A stretch of 64,000 bases of DNA from Rhina ancylostomus (taxonomy: Eukaryota), in contig JARFYF010000022.1 of assembly GCA_030265395.1 (NCBI GenBank), forward strand, positions 35,033,935 through 35,097,934. Direction: 5' to 3'. The position numbers and the translations under genes were made by a program. The notes beneath the pieces were generated by a model that ran no database searches, was not told the DNA's origin, and saw only the letters and a program-made list of their open reading frames with translations. The first letter of the stretch is position 1. Each line of letters starts with the position of its first letter. Positions 1 to 12,800 of this stretch are shown in pieces.

Positions 1-65
1 AAGTATCCTGACTCCAGTCTTGTATTGGTGTGCCACATTTGGGTTCTCTGTGAGTTTGCTCTGGA

Positions 66-470
66 TCAACATTGTGACAGTCTACTATATCTATACCTTT
101 TATAGACTGTTATCAGTCTCCACAGATCCAGAGAAAACAACCCCAGTTTGTCCAACCTCTCCTTATAGCACATGCCCTCTAATCCAGGCAGAATCCTGGT
201 AAACTTCTCCAAAACCTCCACATCCTTCCTATAATGGGGTGACCAGAATTGAATGCAATACTCCAGATCTAGCCTAACCAGAGTTTTATAAAGCTGCAAA
301 ATAACTTCCTGACTCTTGAACTCAATGTCTCGACTAATAAAGGCAAGCGTGCCATACACCTTCTTTACCAGCCTCTCAATTTGTGTGACCACTTACAGGG
401 GGCTATGGACTTGGACCCCAAGATCCCTCTGTACATCAAAGCTGTTAAGGGTCCTGCCATTAACTCCATG
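66..470 (-). mobile_element. CR1 LINE ORF2 C-terminal fragment
   Basis: LAFISRDIEFKSQEVILQLYKTLVRLDLEYCIQFWSPHYRKDVEVLE is a typical CR1 ORF2 post-RT region. Confidence 0.9.
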
Positions 471-614
471 TGGATGCTATGGAATTTCTGGCCCACTGTC
501 GTATGCAGAATTAACACACCTCACAACCCATGAAAAACACTAAAATATTGTTAACAAGTGTATAAGTTTTCTCTTGTTTTATTCAAAGACATTGTAAACT
601 GACTTCTATTTCAG

Positions 615-827
615 GTCCCGTTGAAAATCAAACTTACTCAAGCACAAGCTTCAGACCTCCACCAGCACAGAGCCAAGGCAGTGTTCATGAATACGACAAT
701 CGTTTCCTGGTATTATCTCCAGCTGGGAAAGAATGCCTGTATGCCACAGTGCCAAAAATTGCACACAGGAGGAACCAAGCAAAGAGTCTAGGGCCTCCTA
801 TTGTAGCCAGGACAACACAGCTGCAAG
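615..827 (+). CDS. CPRAS1-like exon (N-terminal low-complexity region), phase 1-1
   Basis: ctatttcag|GT...CAAG|gtaaaa; 213 nt open: PVENQTYSSTSFRPPPAQSQGSVHEYDNRFLVLSPAGKECLYATVPKIAHRRNQAKSLGPPIVARTTQLQ. Confidence 0.7.
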
Positions 828-3800
828 GTAAAACATTCTTGTTGGTCTCTAGTCTATCTATGTACAACAGCTGGATTTGTGGTTCTATTTTATGGCAATC
901 AGGAAGGAACAAGAGAGGAAGTTTGTCAGATTGGGTAATTAAGATGAGACATATTTTGTCTCATAAACATGGACCATTCTTAGTGGTGAGAATAGAGTGC
1001 AGGGAGTGTTTTACTTGTTAGAACTGCCTTACAGTGTCTGCCAAAGGAGCAGCCATGTTTCATATAGAAGTTGAATGTGAGGCCTGTAGAGGAGGAGGAG
1101 GGAAAAAATGGAGTATGACTGTACACTGCTGCTGCTTCCAAAACAGTTAATAGCTAATCTTACAAGAGTGACGTACTGGAGAAAATCTTGATTAAGGGAT
1201 GTCTAGCTTAGATTTTATAAACATTTAAATTACGTAAACCAAAGACAACTGAGAGGTTAGGTAAGAGAATGTTTTGAAGAGCAACAAAGCTTAAGTTAAC
1301 AAACACACTGTGCAGTGTGCCTTGAATTCAATTCAGTGTGCATGTAGGGAGGAGAACAAGTGTAAGCAGCACTTGTTTTCAGCAAAGAAACTTAAGAGAA
1401 ATGCTCCAAGAGACAATAATAATGAAAAGGCTTTTCTTGTCATTCATTTTCAGCATCTGGGCATTGTGGTAAGGCCAATTGCCCATTCCTAACAACCCTT
1501 GAGAAATTGGTGGTATGGTCCTTTTGAAACACTCTAGTCCTTCTGGTGAAGGTAATTCAACAGTCCTGTTGGATAGAGAGTTCCAGAATTTAGACTCAGT
1601 GATGATGAAGGATCAGTGATATATTTTTAAGTCAGGATGGTGTGCAACTTGAAGGGGAATCTACAGGGACTGATGCTCCCATGCACCTACCCTTCTTCAT
1701 GGTAGAAGTTGTGGGTTTGGCAAATGGCATCAAGAGTTGCCCAGGCAAGAAGCGTAGCATATTTTGTACAAGTGTGGTATCCAGGAACTGGATAAACTCA
1801 ATACTACTGGTCACATAAATAGAAGAACAAGTCAGAGATTGGGTATCTGCAACCTTTTGACATCCCAAAGCCTCTGCACCATTTACAAGGTATAAATTAG
1901 GTGTATGAAGGAATCCTCTCCATTTGCTTACCTGAATCCAGTGCCAGCAACTCAACACCATTCTGGACAAAGCAGTCATCCTGCAATGATGCCCTGGGGG
2001 CTGAGATGATTGACCTCTGACAACTACAAGCATATTCCTATGTGTGAAGTTTAACTCCAATCCTGGAATGTTTTCCCTTTAAAGTCTATTATTTAGTTTT
2101 ACTGGGGCATCTTGATGCTACATTTGATGTCAAGGGCAATCATTCTCACCTTGCCTCTGTAATTCATCTCACTGGTCCATGTTTGAACTGAGACTGAGAG
2201 CCAGAGCAAAGTGATCCTGGCGAAACCCAAATGGGTCTTTGTTGTGTCGGTTATTGGTAAGTGCTATTTAATAGTAATGTTGATGACAGTACCATCGCTT
2301 TGCTGATTAGGCAGTAATTAGCTGGATTGGATTAGTCATTTTTTTTGTGACCAGGACATGTCTGAGCAATCTTCTCTTTTGTCTGGTAACAATACTGGAA
2401 CAGGGTGCCCAGAGACACTGCTAGTTCTTCAGTGCAGGTCTTTAGTATTACAGCCAGGATGTTGCCTGGACCCGTAGTCTTTGCTGCATCCAAGTGCTTT
2501 CAGCCATTTCTTGATATCCCATTAAGTGAATCAAATTGGCAGACTGCCTTCTGTGATGGAGAGGATCTTGGGTGAAAGCTGAGATGTATCATTTATTCAG
2601 TGCTCTTGGCTGAATGTGGTTGCAAATGCTTCAGCCTTTAGCATTCACATGCTGGGCCCCACCAGCAATGAGGATACCCATAATCTTGGAGCCTCCTACT
2701 TCTGTTAACTGTTCAATTATCTACCACTATTTGTAACTAGATGCGGTAGGACTGCAGGGCTTTAATCTGATCCTTTGGTTTGTGAGATTGCTTATTTCTG
2801 TCTACCGTATGGCGCTTCTTTGTTTAGCACATGCACGTCCTGCATTGCAACTTCGCTAGGCTAGTATTTCAAAACTTTTAGGTATGCCCAGTGCTGTACC
2901 AAACATTGCCACTCTGCACTCTTCATTGAACCAGGGTTGATCCCCTGGCTTGTTAGTAATGGGGGGGGGGGGGTGAGGAATATGCTAGGCTATGAGGTAA
3001 CAAGTTATGGTAGTGCACATCCCTGTTGCTGCTGATTGACCACAGCACTTCATGGATGCCCAGGTTTGAATCAATCCCATTTAGCACAACTATTATGCCA
3101 CACAACATAATGGAAGGTGTGTCGGTGTGAGGACAGAATCAATCACACGGGGTATGTCTGCTGTTACATACAGACCAGACTGAGCCAGAATGATAGGTTT
3201 TCCTCCACTGAAGGAGATTTGTGAACCATGCATATCATGCTTTCTTTTGTTTTCTGTTAAGTTCTGAATCGCTTTATTGTGTTTGGTATCAGATAATGAA
3301 GACAGCCAGGCTCCTCCTCTGCCTCCACGCCTCAGTATCGAGAGGCCTAACGTCTTCACTGCACATCAGCTCAGCACAACTCTACCAGCAAAATTGCACT
3401 CACATCCCCGTCTCCCTCCACCGAGGCCTAAGCGGGGTAAGTAAGCTAATGTTCAATCAGAATATTTTGTTTCTTAAAATGATTGAGTACTGCAAATTAT
3501 ATCCTTATATAATGATATGAACTTTAAGAATAATTAATTGGCATAAAAGCACACTGGGTCATCCTTGGAACAATGACTGAATTAATACCACCTTCTTTCA
3601 ATTAAACTGGTTGTTTGGAGGACTTGGCCAATCTTTCCACTATAATTTCAGATTCACAGCTTCTGAATGCACAATTTGTGTCCAGCCTGTACATACAAAT
3701 GTGCATTTGGGAGATGGGCAGGAATGGATGTGCCGGTTGCTGCAGGACTGCAGGCATCTTCTGCCGCTTGGGAATCTCGTTTGTGCCTTCTTGTGAACTG

Positions 3801-6800
3801 TCTGGGTTACGAACAGTTCGCAAGAAAAACCCTGCCGTAACCTGGGGATGACCTGCATTTTAAATGTTTATAATAAAGACGCACTGATACAAAGGAAGGT
3901 TCCAGTATTAACGTCAAGGATTCCACAATATCTGTGAACATTAAGCAATTTATTATTTTCTTTCAGGGAGCCTAATAAACTAACTGTCCCTGTTACACTG
4001 AGGATGATTCTTTCAATGTGAACCCTATATAATATATTTCTAGACAGACTATTCACAGGCCATTCAGCAATGGAGGGCATCATAATAAATCTTGGCCATG
4101 ACAGTTTACTTAAACTGGGAATGAATGATTATAAAGGAACTTGGAAGATGGCGCTGGAGCGTGGCAACTTGTTGCAAGCTGCTCTATACAGATCTACTCA
4201 TTACCCTTACTATACTCGTTCTACACTTTTAAAATTAAACTATNNNNNNNNNNNNNNNNNNNNNNNNNNNNNNNNNNNNNNNNNNNNNNNNNNNNNNNNN
4301 NNNNNNNNNNNNNNNNNNNNNNNNNNNNNNNNNNNNNNNNNNNAGTATGCAAGACAAGTTTTACCCCTGCACCTCAGTACAAGTGACAATAATATACCAA
4401 TACCGTGAACTTGCTCCACATCACTATCCAGTGAGCTCCACTTGGAACGGCAGACCTGTGGAACACAAATGAGGGCAAGGTTGACCTGAAATTTGATGCA
4501 TCTTAGGACCAAAAAACTGGAGCACGTACTAAACTGACTAATGTGTGTAAAATGGCACATTGGCCCATGAAACATAGGATTCCCAATACCTGTGAAACCC
4601 CCTGCAAGGATTTGGGCTTTTCAGGACATGAGGGGGAAAATGAGTAAATGGTGATTAAAATGACATTCAGCATAAGTCTTTAAGTGTCTTAGTTTTTCAG
4701 ATTTCTATCTGTGGCAAACCTCATTTCAGAACTTGAGTCTTGATTCTACAAGACTCTCCTTTGATCTAGATACACCCATCCTTGCCTCAGGCTTCTAGCT
4801 GTCACTTTAATATCAGATTTGTTTCCACAGCATTAACATTCATTTCAGTCATTATCGTGTTCACTAATGACTACATATTTCCCCTTGTGTCTTCTCTGGA
4901 AATAAAACAGACCATGGCAATACCCAGAAAACATTCAGGCATGGGCTGATTAGTGGCAAGGAACATTTATACCTCACAAGTGCCAGGCAATGATCTTCTC
5001 CAACAAGGAAGAGTCGGATCACTAACCTCTGGCACTCAGTGCCTTTACCATCACTGAGACTCTCACCATCAATGCCCTGAGGCCAGTATTGATCAGAAGG
5101 TTACCTGGACCAACTTTATGCAGCTCCAAGAACTGGAGAATAGTTCTCCTCCTGATTCCCCTAAGCCTTTTCACCATTTACATGGCACATGTCAGGAGTG
5201 CAAAGGAACATTCTCCATTAGTCTGGATGAGCGCAGCTCCAACAACACTCATGAGTCATAGAGAGATGCAGCGCAGAAACAGACCCTTCCGTCCACGCCA
5301 AATGTCAAGCACCCATTTGAACATTAATCCTATCCTAATCAATTTTATTTGCCCCACGTTCTCCCCAACTTCACCCCCTTCTGAGATTTTACTGCTCACT
5401 TACACTGTAGGGGCAACTTCACTAGTCAATCGACCTACCACTTCACATGATTTTGGGATGCAGAAGGAAACCAGAGCACTCTGAAAAACCCATGCAGTCA
5501 CAGAGAAAATGTGCAAACACTGAAGGTCAGGATTGAACACAATTCTACTGGCTGTGCCACAGTGTTCAGGGCAAAGCAGCTACATGAATTACTGATCCAT
5601 CCAGCATCCTAAACGTTCACTCCCTCTGTCACTAGCCCACTGTGGCTACAGTGTGCACTATCCACAAAATCCCCTGTTGTTACTTGCCTTGGGTACTCTG
5701 ACTGCACCTTGCAAATCCCCGTGACCTCAACTATCAAGAAGCACAAGGGGAAAGAGTCATAGGAATACCACCCCCAAGTTCTCCAGCGAGGTGCACACTA
5801 TCCTGACTTGGAAACGTTTCCCTGTTTCATCATTGTCAATGCAACTAAATCCTGGCACTCACTGTCCAACTGCACTGGAGGAGTACCTTCAACAGAAAGG
5901 CTGCAGCTGCTCCACCACCAACTTCTCAAAAACAATTAGAGACAGGCAATTAATGCTAGCATTGCTGCTAATGCCCTCTGTAAATGTATATAGAAAAAGC
6001 TTGTCCATTTTGATTGACCAACACTTTCAAGTGTTTTCTAAATATATCAACTAAAAGGTCCTTGAATATATATTGTTCACTTCACAGACCTTTCCCTGTA
6101 ACACAGCAAAATCTGATTATCCATTGGGCAATAATATTCTGCCTGTTCTTTTCTTGTTACTCCTAATTTCCAACAATCTATTTGAATATTATTGCTATCA
6201 CTGGCTAAACCATTACTGCACCATCTTGAACTGAATGCCCTACAGTATCAGTAATGCATTCATAAACATATGATGGGTGTTAGATTTGGCTGAACGTGAA
6301 GAATAGATATATTCAAAAATACATTAAAACAAAGAATTTGGTGTTTAAATAAAAAACAAACTATTAGGACAACCCTAGATTAGATTCCTGCCCATAATTC
6401 ACTCCCACGTATCCACTATTCTAAAACCAGATTATCTATCTCAAGCCCACTGGAATGATATTATCCCATACATGCTTTGAGCATGAGTTATTATCCAAGC
6501 AATTCTGACAATGCCCAGGAAACTTGTTACCATCTAGGACTCTAAATGTTTTCTCCCTCCACCACCAACACATTATGACTGCTGTGAGTACCATCAACAC
6601 TGCAGTTACTCAGTTCTGAGGCTCAGGAATTAAAATTTGCTGCCCCTCCTAAATCAGCAAAAAGACCACATGGTCTCCAAATGGGTCCTGCTCCACACTG
6701 TAGCTCACACTTCTTTGGACTGATTGACATTGCTAGCCTCTCTGTAACTAGATGCATAAGACAATAATAAATGATGATATTTTGGATGTTTGAACATTTG

Positions 6801-9800
6801 AACACAATTATTTTCTTACAGTTCCTCCACCCTCAAAGAACTCCACTTCTCACACAAACCGGAAAGCAAATATAAACGTGGTTTCTCTTAACCTGGGAAA
6901 GTTGGTAGATATCAATAATGGTGAGTAGATGACCAGGCTCATTGTCCTTTTGCACGTAAAAGGTGCAGAACTAGATGTTCATTCGAGACATGTCTGATAT
7001 TTTGACATATCAATCTGCTCTGTGGGACAGAGATTTACCCATCTCTGGCATATGTTATTCAATTGTCTCCTTCCCATGGTTGTAAATCACTAGGTCATAT
7101 ATATAGGAAGGAAGGCTTGTATTTCTAAAGGGCATTGACATATTTCTCAGAACTATCTTAAGCACTCTTGGTATAATTATTTGCTCAAAGATACAGCTTC
7201 TGCTGTTTTGAGGTTTCTTTGGTGGCCTATTGTCATATATGTGAACTGTTAATTTTAAAACTGTCAGCATTTTATCCCATGCTCATTGGTATGACACAGG
7301 AAATTACACTGGCCTTGAAATTCTGTCATGTAGCACAGTGTTTCTGTGCAGGTTGTGATTCAATTGGATCAAATACCCAATTATACGTCTCTAGTGCCTA
7401 ACAAGTGACCATCTCTGTGTCCTCTATGTATATGACGGAGGCCTCCAGGCACGCATAGTGATATCAAACAATTTGTAACATGTGTCTTGATGTCAGTTGT
7501 GCAAAATATTCTACACAAATAAAGCCTATAAAATAGCAGAGGCCTCACACGCTGAAGCAGGCCTTAACTGGTAAATTGAAGCATGAGCCAAAGGGGCCCA
7601 ACTGTACCTGCTCTGCTTCCCGGGTTTCTGAGGCATTTCCTATCTTCCCCGTAGGTCAGATATTGAGCATTTTTCTTCAAATTCCCAACATCTCCCACCT
7701 TGTTTTTCGTGTCAATGTTGTTAAACCCCTCCTAGTACCTCTCTGCCTCTCCTCACCCAACCCCTGGTCACCTATCATTAGGATGTGCATAACTGAATGA
7801 TCATTGACTTTTAAATCTCAATGCTCACCTGACTAACTATCAACTCTAAATCCCATTTGCCTGTCCAACCAAACACTAAATATCGGTTGCCTGCCTGGCC
7901 AACGAGCAACCCTTCAACTCTTGATCATCTGTCCAGCCAACCTCACCTCTGACCCCACCTAATTCTCCCTTATCCTACCCCCACCCACTTTCCTTAGCCC
8001 ACCCCACTTCCCCAGAGGCAGAGGAAAAAGGTCTTTCTATGCATAATTCACACATGAATCTAGGGCCTTTTATATGATAGAATTCCACTGATAGGATCCT
8101 CTCACACAATTATAATGTACCTTTTCAAATGCCATGCTATTTTCAGTGCTACCTCATTTTACTCTATTGGGATTAAACATTATTAATATAAGCAAATCTT
8201 GTTCTTTCAATTCTGTTACAGTGCAAACCCAGAGTGCGGAAGCCATTCACTGCCAGAACTGTTCAGCCGCCCTGTCCAGCATTAGCCGGATTCACCATAA
8301 ACATGCAGACATAGTGAGTTCCTTACATCCCTTAATGGTGAATGTTAGAAATAGCATAAAGGCCCAGATCTCTTATAACTGCACCATTGCTATAATTCAA
8401 GGAACCATAATAAATTATACCCTTGTTTTCAGTGCACTATTATGCTTTTCTAATAGGTGCAGTTGGAACAGTCTTGTCCTGAACGTATACCACTTTAAAA
8501 AGTCAGCCTACTGGTCCCCAAGAATAAAGTTTCCTGTAATATTGTCTGTTTTCTCTGATAGATGAGCTTTCCTTTAATTAGATGTTGAACTGTCTTTATT
8601 TTCCTGTCTAGGTATGGCCTTGCGAATTCTGTCAAAAGCATAATGTTGTCACTCGAACCTTCAGAACAGTACCCAACAGTCAAGATGTCCTGTATGTCTC
8701 TGGGCCCCTTGACGATGACTACATCAATGTGGATGACTCCTTGGTTGTCTTCTGTGTGGACATCTCTGGAAGCATGTGTGTAACGAATGAGGTGAGGACA
8801 AGGCTTCTGAGAAATGATCCCTTGAATGTCATGTCATGGAAGGAATTTTAGGAACCAAAGCAGCTCCTCACTGCATCTCAAGTTTCTATTATCATCAAAT
8901 GAACTTGCTTAATTCATCAAAAGGGAAGACAACCTGGTCTCTTTGTACATCTCTGCCATAACACTAAAAGTAACGGCCTGGTTGTAAGGACAGCAGTGAA
9001 TTGCCTCAGCTTGTCACTGTCTTACAATCTAAATGTGCACTTACTTTGTGCAGATCTCCCAAAGGAGAACTTGCTGGGTAAAGCAACCACAGATCCTGTA
9101 TGCTGCTGAACTGAGGTCATTAAAATCACTTACAATTTAGCCAGAACCTATGTCTAAACTAATTCAAGATTATTGATTCTGTTCCTTAGGTCAAGGCTGT
9201 TAATGGTTTCAGGACAACTCATATATCAAGACTGCAGGTATGTATTTGCTGTTGTATTTCAGGGTGGATGGGAGGATACACTGAGAATTGCAGGTTCTGT
9301 TTCTTGCATTTATTTCTTCATCATTGCTAGTCTGAATCCTGGAACTCCCCTGGATGTGGGAGCACCCTCACCTGAAGGATTATAGCTGTTCAAGAAGGTG
9401 ACTCGCCACCACTTTCTAATTAGCACTTGGGGAAAAGCAATAAATGCTGACCTATTCAGTAATGCTCATATCCTGAAAAATTACTGCCTAAAAAAAATAG
9501 CTGAGTAGGGTGGCATACTGATTGGTGTCCAGTAGCTCCACAGAAAACATTCCCAGAAAAAACTGAGCCAGTTACAGTAAAAGAATCTAGTTTATCATGT
9601 ATTTTCTATTATCCTCTTGATTTATATAACAACTATTTTCTCTTAATCTTTTTACTTTCAATATTTGTTGATATCAGTGTGTGGTTCCTACTAGCTACAA
9701 TCTCACAAATCTTGTCAGAAACTTGTAAGTACAAATTTAATTTCATAAATCTATGATAACTCTGCCCAATCATTTCTTAAGTCTTTGGTAATAAATTCTA

Positions 9801-12800
9801 GCATTTTCCGTGCTACTGATGGNNNNNNNNNNNNNNNNNNNNNNNNNNNNNNNNNNNNNNNNNNNNNNNNNNNNNNNNNNNNNNNNNNNNNNNNNNNNNN
9901 NNNNNNNNNNNNNNNNNNNNNNNNNNNNNNNNNNNNNNNNNNNNNNNNNNNNNNNNNNNNNNNNNNNNNNNNNNNNNNNNNNNNNNNNNNNNNNNNNNNN
10001 NNNNNNNNNNNNNNNNNNNNNNNNNNNNNNNNNNNNNNNNNNNNNNNNNNNNNNNNNNNNNNNNNNNNNNNNNNNNNNNNNNNNNNNNNNNNNNNNNNNN
10101 NNNNNNNNNNNNNNNNNNNNNNNNNNNNNNNGCCTATAAGAGATATGCATTTACTTATGCTAATCTCTTCCCAATCTATTTTATATCCTATAAAAGTTCT
10201 TCCAATTTATTTTATATATTTTGCTCATATTCTACTTTTTCTCACTGTATCAGTCATCCTTTAATATAATCCTCCAGTTTAATATAAAATATTACACTAT
10301 TTAAATATCTATTATAATCATCACCCTGACAAATCTTATTTATTTCCTCCACTTTCTCGCCATGCCCATTTTAAGTTGATACCTGGCAAATGGGTTATTT
10401 ATTTGCAATGAATAGTAAGACATGTGTTGAGGTTGCCCAGTGGGTGGTCTTGGCTGTTTTAGGACTGCTTTTATTGGTGGAAGGGGGCTGTCGGTGAATG
10501 GTTTTTGCATGTGGATGCCATATGGGTCAATTTATGGAACTGTAGTGAACTTTGCTATCATTACATCCAGGCATCAACATATCTGCCACTTCTGGTGCAC
10601 AAGCCGCATCATCTTCTGCTTCCTCCTTCTTCTCAGAAATTGTGCTCCAAGCTTTGTTCTTCCTTCAAGACCAAACTTTGCTGCTACCTATATTGTAGAG
10701 AGGACACCACATGCACGCTCGAGATTCTAGCAAGTCTGCTGAAGGATGATTCCAGATCTATGCAGGCTACTGGCACATCTTCAGTATGGTGATGGCTTGC
10801 CCTGTGTCACAACTGCTTGTCATTGGCCAAGCCATCACCATATATAGGTCCTGTCAGGTTCCTCATGGATGTCACACTCACATTCTCATCTCCAACCAGC
10901 CAGCTTGAAGAGAGATCAGTGAGGGTGGACTAAAGGATAGACACATCATGGTAACTGCCTGGGAGTCTTGCACATACCTGCATAAAGATCCTATGTTGCT
11001 ACCCGCTATCTAGCTTTGCAGCTGATGAATATTCCTGGGGATGCTTTAATTGTCGTGTGCATGCAGTGGAAAGCCAGCTGGAGCAATAACCCTGAGGATC
11101 CAGTTATTCTTGGTGGTATCAGCACAGGAAATGTTGGCAATTCATGGTCACTCTGGAAAACAAGCCACCAGGCACCTGATTTATTCATTTGTAATCAGCC
11201 AACTGCAAGATTCAGCATATTCCTGGTGGGTCCAAAGACAAAGAGCTTGAGGCTAGCTGGAACTTTAACAACACTGGTAAAGTCTGACTTCATACTAGGA
11301 AGGAGGTCTTGCTCTAACAGACTGCAAACACCCATAATACCTGATCCTACACCCCTGAGGCTCCCCTGGGAAGTTTATTATCAGCCTGTGCCCATATGCC
11401 AGGTGGAGCGCCCCACAAGCTGCCACTTTCGCTGATCTGCTCTCTCCTCTGCAGCCACATGTCTGTGGGGAAGAGGCTGCTGCTGTTGGAGGAGCTGATC
11501 CAATGATGACTGTTTGCACTGCTGCAGCTTCTTGTGATCTTCACTTCATTGGATGTCCAAAGTAACATAGTATAACTTCACCAATCCAACAGCTCACCAA
11601 TACTAATCTGAGATCAGGGTTCCTAAGTGGAACTTTGACATACAATGACATGAAGATGTCAATTAATCTCTCAACACGAATGTTATAAACAAAGACTTTT
11701 ACGCAACCAGACAAGAAAGCAGCTGTGAGGCTTAATGACCTATTGGCTTATTTTGATGTCAAGTCTTCAATCTCTTTAGTTATTACTGCATTGGCTTCCC
11801 TGGAGAGTTCCAAGGAGAGAAACCCATGGTCCCATGGTTGCATGTTAATACTGTTCTAATTGTACCATTAAGGTATTGAAATTGTCAACATACCTCCCTG
11901 AGGGATTGTTCATAAGCAACCTAATAAATGGCGGTTAAATACGGCAGTCAGTGCATTGGAACAGGCTTCCAAACACTGTCAATTTCCCCAGAATTAACCC
12001 AGCACCCGCTCCCAAACCCAGTAATCTTGGAACATCTTCAATCTGCAGGCACATGACTGGGACTTTCCCAGTCGGCAGCTTTAGTGCCTGGTAGTATCGG
12101 CCAGCTGGCAGGGCCCAGTGCCAGCTTTGATAACTCTGGGCCTCCAATACCCGCTCACTCTCTCTGAAAATACTTCTGTTGTTGCTGGTGATTTGTGTTT
12201 GGTGTGTAGGCTTGGCTTGTACAAATCTTCAAGGCTGCAGTAGGGAAACACCTGGGACCCAATGTATCTGACCCTCCCTCATTCCCATGTCTTTATTCGA
12301 CCTGTATCTACGAGCAGTAGAAAGGGCAACAAGACCATCAAAATTTGCAACATGGTGTCTCACCATCAGGAGCTTTAGAAAAAAAATGTTGCTGAAAATG
12401 AAATAGAAAAAGAAAACAAAGTTAATTTTTTTTGTCTCACTAATTGATGTGGAAATGACATTTGGTTGTACTGGAAATATCAAGTTGTTACTAAAAGTTT
12501 TGAAAACCACTGATACCTCAGAATCCTTTAGCTATGGGGATGGCTGGTGGATTTGATCATACTTTTTGAGTGCTGAGCTGTCCTTTTAATTGCAGGAATA
12601 AAGCTGAAAGGAAGTTTCTGGATTTGAATTTTAATTGATGAGCAAGATGAATAACATTCATAACAGCTCTGTGTATGGGTACACTAGTGCCACATAGACT
12701 AGAAGATCCCAGGTTTAACCTCTGACTTGCAGTGTGGGTACTTGCAGTTATTTCTGTCCTGTTGCAAAATATATGTGAGGTTTTGAAAGACTGGCCTTAG

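Noticed and set aside
4141-4200. AAGATGGCG (YY1-like / start-codon-like) motif suggesting a promoter or first exon
   Set aside because: No CpG island or splice donor; it lies just before a gap and a LINE tail (4344-4405), so it is probably repeat-derived.
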